In this document: positions 13,300 to 24,300 of the stretch, piece after piece
Position numbering within the stretch: the first letter of the stretch is position 1
How the letters are laid out: every line of letters starts with the position of its first letter
Source: Takakia lepidozioides
Taxonomy: Eukaryota; Plantae; Bryophyta
Direction: 5' to 3'
Length of the DNA: 64,000 bases
Assembly: GCA_030704615.1 (NCBI GenBank)
Contig: CM060734.1
Coordinates: 16,120,001-16,184,000 of the forward strand
Made by a program: the position numbers and the translations under genes
The notes under the pieces: model-generated
Database searches by the model: none
Told to the model about the DNA's origin: nothing
The model's input: only the letters and a program-made list of their open reading frames with translations

Positions 13300-13450
13300 A
13301 CCGTGAGGACACAGCTTTTTTAGAGGGGGAGGGGTAAATGTTAGAGGGCTGCTTGGGACTTTAACGCTTTTACAGGTTCTGTGGGGTACCCTTAATTTTT
13401 ACACAGACTAAGACCAACAGGAGCCTTAGGGGTGACAGCAGCAGGCTTTA

Positions 13451-13575
13451 GGGGGGGGGGGGGGGGTACGAGCGTAGCTACGGCGTGAGCCCAGCCCCGT
13501 GAGCCTGGGAGCTGAGCTCACGTTCAAGCTACAAAGCGTGAGTTGAGCTCACGCTTCAGGGAAGCGTGAGCGGCA
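13451..13575 (+). repeat. Left terminus: G16 run plus subterminal CGTGAGC/GCTCACG motifs
   Basis: GGGGGTACGAGCGTAGCTACGGCGTGAGCCCAGCCCCGTGAGCCT..GAGCTCACG..GCGTGAGTTGAGCTCACGC..GCGTGAGCGG. Confidence 0.75.
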
Positions 13576-13888
13576 CGAATCTGCTGGAGAAGAAGGTCCT
13601 ATAGGCGAGGATTGCAGGAAGAGGGCCTATTACCGTGGACAAAACAAAGGGGGCCAACACACACCATGTCTGCAATGCCCGCTCAAAAACAGAAATATGA
13701 AAACATGGCAGATTTGAGCTCAGAATGATTGTCACAGTTTATTTCAATTCACAGATAGACGCTTACAATGAATTGCATGTGCATTTGCCCTGGTTCCGTA
13801 AACGAAATCCATATGTTTGTCAGAAATGCAAAGTCTTCACACGGCAACCTGCAAACCAGCATGGGAAGCGGGCATGGCTCGTATGTGT

Positions 13889-16800
13889 TCAAAGAGAAGT
13901 TGGCGGAGCTCCACGCGAGGTGTCCCGCTGTAGAAGGGTGTTCACTTCTCCATAGCCTAGTGTGGCTTGGTGGATGAATTGGTCTCTCTTACCGTCGCAA
14001 CACATAATCACAAGATATATGTAATATTGATGCTTGCAGGGGACCCACTTCCCTCTCATGCCGAGAGCGCCCTCACGCATCGTTACACAGTCCGGACAAG
14101 TGCACGAAGGGAAATTCCCGACGGTAACCTGATATTCTTTGCCATGAAGAACTGACCCAATTGACAGCACTGTGTAAATCCGTCCATACCCCGGAGAAGG
14201 GACTTCGGTGATACGAGACACCCGAGTTTGCAAAATTCTAGCAGATTCCATCTTGCATTCGTGATCTGCACCCGAAGCGAAACGGCGCACTATTTTTCCA
14301 TCTCTTTTTGTTGGGTGGGAGTCGGCACCGGGTGGCGGCATTGCCGGAGCATGTGGCACATCTGTGCCGACAGTGCATGAGGGCACCACCCGGGACCGTG
14401 CAAGACAGAACCCTCCCTCCTCCAGCATGCTTATCTCGGTTGATGACAACGACGTCCCAATTTGCACAGGCCAAATTGCGGGGGGAGGGGGTTTCATTAT
14501 CACCGAAGGACGAACTGTTCCCTTCACGCATCGTGCCATATCGTCTGGGCAGAACCAAAATTTGTGGTCCTTTGACTCCCCACTATGATAAGGTCGGAAC
14601 AACCCTGTGAATGTTGGAGCTGGAGTCCCCCTGGAGCCTTTGCATATCTTTGATTTGCATTTCTTGAATGAGGGGGTCCGAATTGCCATGCAAGCCACTC
14701 TAGATCCTGGTGGGGTGCGTTCTATATGCCACTCACTATCAATGCAATCGGATTCCTGCACCATGGCCACCACCTTCTCCAATGGGATTCCCGCTGCTGT
14801 GCTTGTATGTTCTGCACCTGCTCCACTGGAGGAGGACCCACCTGGGAAGGGGCGGGCACACGACTCAGTCTGCAGTGGAGACACCTTTGGCACAGAGAAA
14901 TTGACCCTGTCTGGCCGATGGGAATCTCCATCTGACCCTGGAAGAGTGTTCAATTTCCTTTTGCATGATCCAAATCTTTCCTCGCCTTCCAAATGGGGGA
15001 GCCTGGATTGTAGAGGGGACCCTTCAGTGCATCTGTTTAGAGCTCTGGCCATCTTTGACGGGACTCCGGGCCTACTCGCAGCCCTTAGCATCAACAAAGT
15101 CATATCAGGGCCCTTGCCTCCACCCCGTCCCATCAGAAAATTGCGGTACCTGGTTTGTTGTGTAAGTGCACGCACCATGTCATCAGCAGTGGCCACATAC
15201 AAGTCAAGTCCTCCAAGGACATGTCCTGCAGGAGGCATTGCATGGATATGTGAGGAACGAAAACAAATGGTAGAGGTTCTTCAAGTGACAATCGAAGAAC
15301 CCCAAATGAATAGGCACGATGCAAAATTTCTGTTTTTGGGATTGAAGAGGCTTACCGTCGTCATGAAAGCTCCCCACTGTCTGTACCTGAAGTGCCAGAA
15401 AACCAACCAGTCCTCCAACTCCTTTACGTGGGTACCTGTTGCAGCACCAGAGGAGAACCACCAAGCCCGGATTGCCTGGTAAGTGCTCTCAGCTTCTCCC
15501 ATTGAGGTGGCATTCTTGTACTTGAGACAGAGCCTTCTAAGCTCCAACTGCAGGTCAGGGCGAATGCAGCGCTTTGTATGACGTGCCAGAGATTGAGTCC
15601 AATGGAAGAGGCATGTGCGCTCCCTATTTTCCATTGGGACCTTAGGATCCCCGAACCAAACACGCGTCGCACTGCATTGAAATTTGCCTGTGCACTATCA
15701 ACCATGAAGCCCGCAAAATTTGTGTTTTGTATTCCATTGCGCTGCATGACGGCCAAGAGCGAATTCCACATGAGCATCTGGGATTCAGTGTCCTCCGACT
15801 ACATATCACAAATTGCTATGGAGAGCACACGCTGGTACGCCGGATCATACACATGGCACGCCATGGTTGTCCAACCCTTCACCGGTTTGCAGTGATCAAA
15901 CATTAACCAACATTTAGCCAAATCTCCTCCTGGTTGCATACGGCGGACAATGCTCACACCACTGCCTTCGCCCACAGCGGACATCTTGAACAAATACACC
16001 TTGGACGAGCCCTGGCCAGGGAAGTTACTGTTTTGAATGAATTCATAGCGACTCCTCCGTTTCAGGTCCATAATGTTGTCCATGAATCCAGCAGTGCCTG
16101 TGCCCATTCTGAGTGCATTCACCTGGTTTCGAATATTGGGAGAGCTCAACACGGAGAAATGGTCCATGACTGCATTAAGCGAATCTGCATCCAGCATAAG
16201 TTGTGTCGCATCCCCTTCACCCAGTATGTGTTTCTCCAGGAATGCCTTGCTAGCTGCAAGCGCTATAGCAGAAGGTGTTGCACAAGGGGCATTGTGGAAC
16301 TCATGCTTCAGCAGATTTCTAGCGATGTCCACGCTATCCCTGCAACTTCCTTTGGACAAAGGATGCTCGTGTGCACCCATATGAATGCAGGCATGAGTCA
16401 TTGTCTTGCATCGGTGTGCCACCTGATACATACGAGCGTGGCACACAGAAACACAGGACGGGGAAAGTTTGCAGAACCTGCACACAAAAGTATTGGTCCT
16501 GGGAGGGGCAAGCCCTGGGGTGAAAGGATTCAGGGGCACACCTTCCCACTCACTTTCGTTTGGTTGAGCGCTGTTTCTTAGCCGAGGGCAAGAAATATTC
16601 TGGCACTTACAATGCCCAACGCAGACCGACCTCCGAAATTTCAAGCCAATGTCGTTATGGATGTTCGACGTTTTTGTCCTGCACCAAGGATGTCCGTCAT
16701 GTTTCTTGTCCTGCAAAAGCCCAGCCAGTCCAGTGGAAGAGGTGGGAGGGTTGAGCTCAAACAGGATGTCCCCATCAAACTGTGCTGGCACGTATTGAAC

Positions 16801-17370
16801 CCGTTGCACAGGAAGGGACTCCCAATCAACAAAACGCAGCTCGCTCTTGCACCCAGGCACACCTGCGAGGGCTTTCAATTTTGGAATGACACTCGTTATC
16901 TCTTGCAATTCGTCATCATCCAATGACGGAGTCTGCACTGGCGGAGGAATCTCAGAAACATCCTCCGAGGACGAGTCTGAAAGAGTCACGAAGGTAGTGG
17001 ATGTGCTCACCTCTTGTTTCACAGGAACTGTGCCCTTCTGTTGCACGACCGATGCTGCAGTGCCAGGGGTAACGACTGATCCTGCTGATTGTCTTCTCTC
17101 TTTTCCAAGGACACGGTATGTGCCTGGAAGGACTCTCCACTTCCTTCCACACTTGCCAACCAATGGTTTCTCCAAGTGCCCAGAATCCAAATTCCCATCC
17201 TCGTCATACACCTCTTTTTGAACAAGGAGAGAACCCAACTCCAGCGGGAACACTGTAACCAGCTCATCCTCATGAACAACTGCAAACCCATCGTCGTCTG
17301 CAGTGGCAGTCAATGGAAGAGTACCTGCATTGGAATGGAATCGAGCAAGTGTATCTCGCTCCCTCGACAT
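13889..17370 (-). pseudogene. Mutator-type transposase (GCM/WRKY-like Zn finger, DDE core, SWIM finger), disabled
   Basis: DGHPW..C.G.C.C.N..C...C..C...C.AR...H.G.H.HP (~16360-16710); WLMFDH (~15895); FMVDSAQAN (~15697); CLFHW CxxH (~15605); SWIM CTCPDC..CKH (~14030-14110). Intron 15355-15226 (GTAAG..TGCAG). In-frame TAG at 15799, 1-nt frameshift at ~15650, second frameshift at ~15205. Confidence 0.82.
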
Positions 17371-18387
17371 GTTTTCCCTCACTGAACAAAAGTTGCGGAA
17401 TCCTCGAACTGATAGCCCGCAATCACCGAAAGGGGAATTAAGACAAGCAAACTGAGGTCAACAAGGGTAGCTCCAACCCAAAGGTTGCGGGTGATGCATG
17501 CAAAGGATGTAGGGATGAGATGCACCTTCACTTCGGAAACAGCAACGCTAAGAGGCACTAACCAGAAAAACTGTTTTCAAATACTACAAGAAGCCGTGCT
17601 GTTTATGGATAAAAACAAACACTGAAAACGACATGAAACCATCCATTATGAAAAGACGGCAACAACCCTGGAGAGCAGTAAACAGGAAGACCACAAATGT
17701 CATGAGGTTGTGCTGTGCCAGAAGAGCACAGCACAAACACTGACACTGCAGAAGATACCTCGCACGAATGCGTGCCAGACATGGTCGTATCCGACAGAAC
17801 CCTTTATGCCGAATGACCCCATGGCGACGGTTACGGTAAAATGCAAACCACAGGGTAGGCAGTAGTACAACACACGTGGATGCATGTGTGAAGCATAACA
17901 ATTATTGCGGATCTGCAAGAACTGCTCGAAAATGAACTAGCATTAGATTTCTACAGCACATCCGAATTTGAAAGAAAGCAAGAAGGCCGCGGTGTATTGG
18001 CAGGCGGCGCAATACATCTGACATATATCGCTAGTGCATGCAACGGATGTACTTTTTTTCTAGCGCTTTATTACTTGGATAATACGGAGACGACGGAATG
18101 GATGAATTCCGTTCGCACACAATAACAACACCCGCATCCAAATATGGTTGACAACGTCCAATTTCAATTTTGGTTACATGCCATAGCAGCACTTGTTACA
18201 ACCGTCAAACTGGAGAGCTCTAGAGGCATCGTGGGGAGCCCTTGTTTCCAGCGGAGGAGGAAGAGAAGGAAGTCACTATACTTCACGAGCTCTAGAAACA
18301 GGAATAGAGCCAGAGATAGAATGAGGATGGAAAGAGTGGACGAAGAGGAAAAGGAGGTAGAGGGAGGGAGTAGAGGAAAGTGTGGCG
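17371..18387. promoter_or_regulatory. Divergent promoter / 5'UTR region between the transposase and the ParB-MTase gene
   Basis: Positional inference: ~1 kb non-coding stretch between two head-to-head start codons. A splice-acceptor-like TTTTGTTCAG lies just upstream of the transposase ATG. Confidence 0.45.
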
Positions 18388-21300
18388 ATGGAGGAGCAGG
18401 AATCAGCAGAAGAACAGCAGCCCGCCATAGTTCCAAGAACAGATGAAGAGGACACTGCATCTGAGGGAGAGACAGACGAGATGGAAGAGGATGTTGAAGG
18501 TGGCCTCACGAGGAGTCTGCCTGCGGGAAAGAGGAAGGGGGAGAGGCTCACGTACACGCTCGGCGCAGAGAGCAGCCCAAAGCGCAAAGGGTCCCCGGCA
18601 ATTGGGGAGTCTTCTGGAGCAGCCAAGAAAAAGGTGAAATCTTTAAGACCCACATTTGTGTTTCGTTGCTGATATGAATATAGCACACACAGGACATCTG
18701 CACCAGGCTGAAAGCACCAAAACTGGGAAGCTCAAACAGTGTGCCGGCAACGCACACTGTTTGGGCCTACCAATTTGCTTGATTGTTCAGGTGCGAAACG
18801 CCCAAACTTGGGCACTACAGCAGGTTCAATACAACCCAATTTGCAAGCTCAATCAGTGTGAGTTGAGCTGAAAATTTCACTGCTGTTTCCGTCTGGATAT
18901 CGGTTTTCCAGGATATGTATGTCAGGACGAGAGAACCCTTCAGTGGCAGCTCAAACAGTGTGCGTTGGCGCACACTGTTTGAGCTCCACATGTTACGGTT
19001 TTTGTGTGTTAAATGTGGACTTCCAGTGTAGGTTTTTGAAGATGAAATAACCATTCAGTGGCAGCTCAAACAGTGTGCGTTGGCGCACACTGTTTGAGCT
19101 GAACATGTAAGTGTTTTTCCGATTGTAATTCAACCTTAGGGCACGTTCTGAGGATGAAAGAATCCCTCACTGGCAGCTCAAACAGTGTGCGTCAACGCAC
19201 ACTGTTTGAGCTGTACATGTCACTGTTTTTTTGGTGTTAAATTCGGATTTCCAGGGCAGGTTTATGATGATGAAATAACCATTCAGTGGCAGCTCAAACA
19301 GTGTGCGTTGGCGCATACTGTTTGAGCTGAAACATGTAAGGTTTTTTTCCGAGTTAAATACGGACTTCCAGGGCAGGTTTTTCAAATGAAATAACCATTC
19401 AGGCAGCTCAAACAGTGTGCGTTGGCGCACACGTTGAGCTGAACATGTAAGTGTTTTTCGATTGTAATTGACCTTTAGGGCCACGTTTATGGGATGTGAA
19501 AGAATCCCTCACTGGCAGCTCAAACAGTGTGCGTCAACTCACACTGTTGAGCTGTACATGTAACAATTTTTTTTGTGTTAAATTCGGACTTTCCAGGGCA
19601 GGTTTATGATGATGAAATAACCATTCAGTGGCAGCTCAAACAGTGTGTGTTGGCGCACACTGTTTGAGCTGAAACATGTAAGTGTTTTTTCCGAGTTAAA
19701 TACGGACTTCCAGGGCAGGTTTTTCAAGATGAAAATAACCATTCAGCTGGCAGCTCAAACAGTGTGCGTTGGCGCACACTGTTTGAGCTGAACATGTAAG
19801 GTTTTTTCCGATTGTAATTCGACCTTTAGGGCAAGTTCTGCGGATGAAAGAAGAATCATCACTGGCAGGCTCAACAGTAGCGTCAACGCACACTGTTTGA
19901 GCTGTACATGTCACTGTTTTTTTGGTGTTAAATTCGGATTCCAGGGCAAGTTTATGATGATGATGAATAACCTCAGTGGCAGCTAAACAGTGTGCGTTGG
20001 CGCACACGTTTGAGCTGAACGTGTAAGTGTTTTTTTCCCGATTGAAACTCGACCTTAGGGCACGTTTCTGGGGATGAAAGAATCCCTCACTGGCAGATTC
20101 AAACGTGTGTGTAAACGGCACCTGTTTGAGTTGTAATGTCACTGGTTTTTTGTGTTAAATTGGACTTCCAGGGGCAGGTTTATGATGATCAAATAAACAT
20201 TCAGTGGCAGCTCAAACAGTGTCGCTGGCGCAACTGTTTGAGCTGAACATGTTAAGTGTTTTTTCCGATTGAAATTCGACCTTTAGGGCACGTTCTGGGG
20301 ATGAAGAATCCCTCACTGGCAGCTCAAACAGTGTGCGTCACGCACACTGTTTGAGCTGAACATGTAAGTGTTTTTTCGCGTAAATTCGGACTTCAGGGCA
20401 GGTTTCTGAGGATGGAAGAATACCTCACTGGCAACTTCAAACAGTGGCGTCAACGCACACTGTTTGAGCTGGGACATGTCACACTGTTCGAAATCACCTT
20501 TTCACTTTTTCATCCGAAAATCGGCCGCCAAATCGGCCGCATATCTTGGAGTTTACAATGAACACTTACCTGGCACAAGTAGATGTTCAATGATCATTTA
20601 CCTGGCAAGTGAAACAGTGTGCGTCAACGCACACTGTTTGAGCCCACTTTTACATTGTCTTTTTTGTGGAATTCGGCAACATAGGACATGTCTGTGAGGG
20701 TCAATGTACACTTACCTGGCAGCTTAAAATAGTGTGCGTCAACGCACACTCTTTGAGCCCACTTTTTCATGCCTCAGCCGACGTTTCATGCCTCTCTAAT
20801 ATCAAGTTGAATGAACAACCCTGCAGGAGAAGATGCAAAGTGTGGCAGATGAGGTCCCTTCGGGTCAGGAGAAGGAGATAATTGTTGATGTGGACGATGA
20901 GTTCTATGAAAGCAAAGCCGCTGAGATGCTGGGGGGTCAGAAGGTAAACTCTCAGCTTGTGGTGCAAAGTATGCTTGCCCCGGGTGGGAGGTTGAAGATT
21001 CCCCTGTGTAGGTTGGTTTCCATGCCCGTCGTTCGTACACCCCTCGTCAAGGACATTCTCAAGCTGGAGGCCGAGTTTGTGCATGGGTATTTGGATGGAT
21101 CCGCAGTCTTTTACGTTTCTACTAGGGATTCCAAAGGTAATGAGCTCCTCGTGGATGAGTCAATCGTGGACTCCTGGGACCCCATTTGGAGACAGCTGAA
21201 CGAATCCTTCGAACTTCTTCTCTCCAGGAAACCTTCCACCCAGGCATTCTCGGGAAAGATGTTTCACGTTTGGGATGGGAACCACCGCTTGCTTGCATGG

Positions 21301-24300
21301 ATGGCTGTCATTGGGAGGCTGCACTCACAGGAGGAAGAGTGGCATTACTCTGTTCGATCGATGGTGCTGGATTGTGACGGGAACATGATGGGTCTTCTGA
21401 CGGCAATGAATGATGTGAACAGGTTGGTTTCTCATTCTACATGTTCCACTTGTGGTTCCGTTCTTCTTTGATTGAAGACCTTGAATTTCATTCTGACTTA
21501 CAGATATCATTCTGCAGAGGAACGGAGACATCGCATGTCAAAACGAGTTTGGTTCACACACTGTATAGGATACAAAGGATAGGGCAGATGCCCTTGACCA
21601 ACTTCAAGACCATCCTTTCAGCGGAGATGTACAAGAAGTGCGAAAGCTCCAAGACATCGGAAACGTGGTACTCGTTGACCCGTGAGGCTTTCATGGAGTA
21701 CATGTACACGGTGAGATACATCTTCCTTCATCTGGTCTTCCATATTCCACATGTTTGTTTCTGTTTGTTTCCCTTGACCTTGTGCTGATGCAACTCTCTT
21801 GCATTCCCTTGCAGCAAGACATTGCAGATGCAGGGGAGCGTGGCAAACTGGAATACTACAGCTCTACCCCTGAGGAGAGAAGGACAGCAAAGGGGGTTGA
21901 GAGTCGCATCCAGAAAGAGATGACCGCTACAAGAAGGACTATAATGAGTGCTTTCGTGAAGCAGTTGAGAATTGCCGACCCATCATTCGGACCGCAGTTT
22001 CTCCTGGAGATAAAAAACCATTATAACAAGCCAGGCAAGCCAGAAATGGCCCAGGAGAAGTTGCACAGGTTGTCTACCGCCGTTGTGTCTCCAGAACAAA
22101 AGGTGAAGTGGCTGCAGATATGGAACTCCGATCCCACAGTTAGGGATACCCACATGTTCCCAAGGCCGGAGAAAGAGAAGAAGACCCAGCGTGTCATTCC
22201 TGTCAGTGACAATGTGCTGGACACCTGGCTTCACAAGGCCACTTACTGGAGCCAGGTGTGATGTCCTTCCCTGTGTCACTGTCTTTTCTCTTTTCCTGTC
22301 CTTATCTTTCTATTGCCTCTTACATTCGCTGTGATTGCTTTTGGGTTCATTCTTGCATTTGTATTGTTTTGCAGTTGGAAGAAAGGGCCAGATCGGTTCT
22401 GCATACTCAGCTGGCTGACTATGGCATCAGTATGATAGCACCGAAGGTGTCCTTCGAAGCATACATGAGGAAATGGAGAGCCACAGTGTGGCACTCTTGT
22501 TTCTTTAGAGAGTTCAGCAAGGAGGGTGGCATCAGTCGAACAAATGAGCTGGACCAGCAAGAAAAAGGAGAGGAAGCCTGGAAACGATGCCTTTACAGGT
22601 GCACACTCTTGCACTACTTATTTGTGCTGTGGTTGCAATGTGTTGTGTGGCATACTGTTGAAGGGGGTCTTCCTGGTGTGATGGAAAAGTTGCCACACAA
22701 TATTTCCATTGTAAAATGAGGCTGTCTCTGTTGCTGCAGGTACATAAAGTTTGTTCTCCTGGAAGAGAATTGCCTGGACAAACATCCAGATTTCGTGGAC
22801 CTGTGGCTTGTCCCTGCTGGCAACCAGACCATGTTTACTACTGGGATCTTGCATGACTGGGGCCCAGACCATCTTTCTTCTTGTGGTTGGTATTTGGATT
22901 GCCCTCCTTCTGAGACCCCAGCTCCAGAGGTGTCTTTGAGGAGAGAGAATGACCGTATTGCAGCCACTGCCGCAGCAGCCGACCTCGACATTCATGAACG
23001 AAATTTGAGGACTCTTGCAGAGAAGGAGCCTCCCGCTCAGGATACCCCAGGTAGAGGAAGAAAGGCAAAGGGAAAAGATGTTGCTGGTGTTGTGGGGAAG
23101 GGAAGGGGTAGAGGGAAGGTGGCACAAGGGCAGGGAAGTGTTGCAGATATTGGCCCTGTGGAGCATGTCCAGCAGACTCCACCGCATGGTAGGGGATCCG
23201 GGAGAAAAAACAAGGGGGTGGTTGATCCCAAGGACCCGTACCATGCAGTGGAACATCCCACGAGGGTCATTCGCCCAACCAGGTTGGAGATGGCCAACGT
23301 CGGGTTCCTTGCCATGATGGAGTCGAAGAAATCTGATTACAAGGGCGAGCCATCACCAGTGTGGGACAGGATTGTGGAGTTCCTCAGCACGGTGCGTGTT
23401 CTCTTTGGGTTCTGTGGCTTCTGTTGTCTTTGTCTGCTGTGGGCATGGATCGTTTCTAAACTTGTGAGAATTCCATTGTATTTTTGTTTGCAGGCTAAAA
23501 TGACCAAATCCTGGGTGAACGGGAAGGAGAAGCCATATGCAGCCGAACTCATCATCTTGGACATCCCTGATGGGTTGGCAGTCCCGGATATCCCTCCATC
23601 GGGTGCTTGTCCGGGTTGGAATGCTTTTGATGAGCGCTACTGGCGGTGGGTTTTCTCCTTTTGCAACTTCTTCCTGTCCGATGCAGGTGTTTTGGTGCTC
23701 ATCCAGTCCATCGACGTTCGGTGTCGCCGTGCACTTTCCAGCTATTTGAAAGCCTCGGGCATGAGAGTCGTGAAGACATGGAATTGTGTGAACAGCATGT
23801 ACCTTACGAAGGGGGATCGTCCGGGAGAGATGGTGAGTTTGCCTTCTTCTTCCTCTTCTTGGTTGTTCTCGGATGGGGTTGTATAGGTCGCTCGAACTCA
23901 TATGTAGGGGCCCGATTTTTTTTTGCTTCTTAGTTCCTTGTGGATGTCATGTTCGCAGACTCGTCTGTTTGAAGCTGTTTGTCTCGTCCGGGTGCATCCA
24001 CAAACGACTCCGGCCGGCATTACCGAGTTCGCCATCACTCATGGGGCCAAGTTCATAGATGACAGGACAGATCCTCCCACGGATGACATGCATCACAACT
24101 ACGTCGACAGCAACGTGTGCTTGCGAAGGGGGAATGGGGTTCCTTGGAGAGGGGCGAGGGAGAGGAGCCCGGCTTTCATTCAAACGATTGTGGAGTGCTG
24201 CACCTACACAGACGCCAGAGTTCTGGATTTGTCGATGGGCACAGGTTCGTCTCTTCAACATTCACATTTCATGAGGTTTGATTGAGCTTGCACTTTCAGC

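Larger units (their letters stand above)
6579..13450 (+). mobile_element. Ty3/Gypsy non-chromovirus retrotransposon, family B copy 1 (5'-truncated, internally rearranged, 3' LTR interrupted)
   Basis: Protease C-terminus (LLGRPWL), RT (DGFSGYNQ, FLDDFSVYS), RNase H (CDASG..EREAL), integrase (H..GGH..C..C, DFVGP, SDQG, YYPQGNGQAE), a long 3' extra ORF, PPT AGAGGGGGAGGGG at ~13322-13334, and an LTR starting TGTTAGAG at 13339. Confidence 0.92.

Noticed and set aside
13447-13466. Telomeric TTTAGGG seed
   Set aside because: A single unit that is part of the normal family B LTR sequence (also at ~53263-53270 on the minus strand).
14607-16581. Long plus-strand ORFs (14607-15482, 15934-16581)
   Set aside because: Antisense shadows of the transposase with no motifs of their own.
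18729-20760. CRISPR array (palindromic repeat plus spacers)
   Set aside because: The spacers are ~74 bp and homologous to each other in three recurring types rather than unique. There are no cas genes, and the context is a eukaryotic intron.
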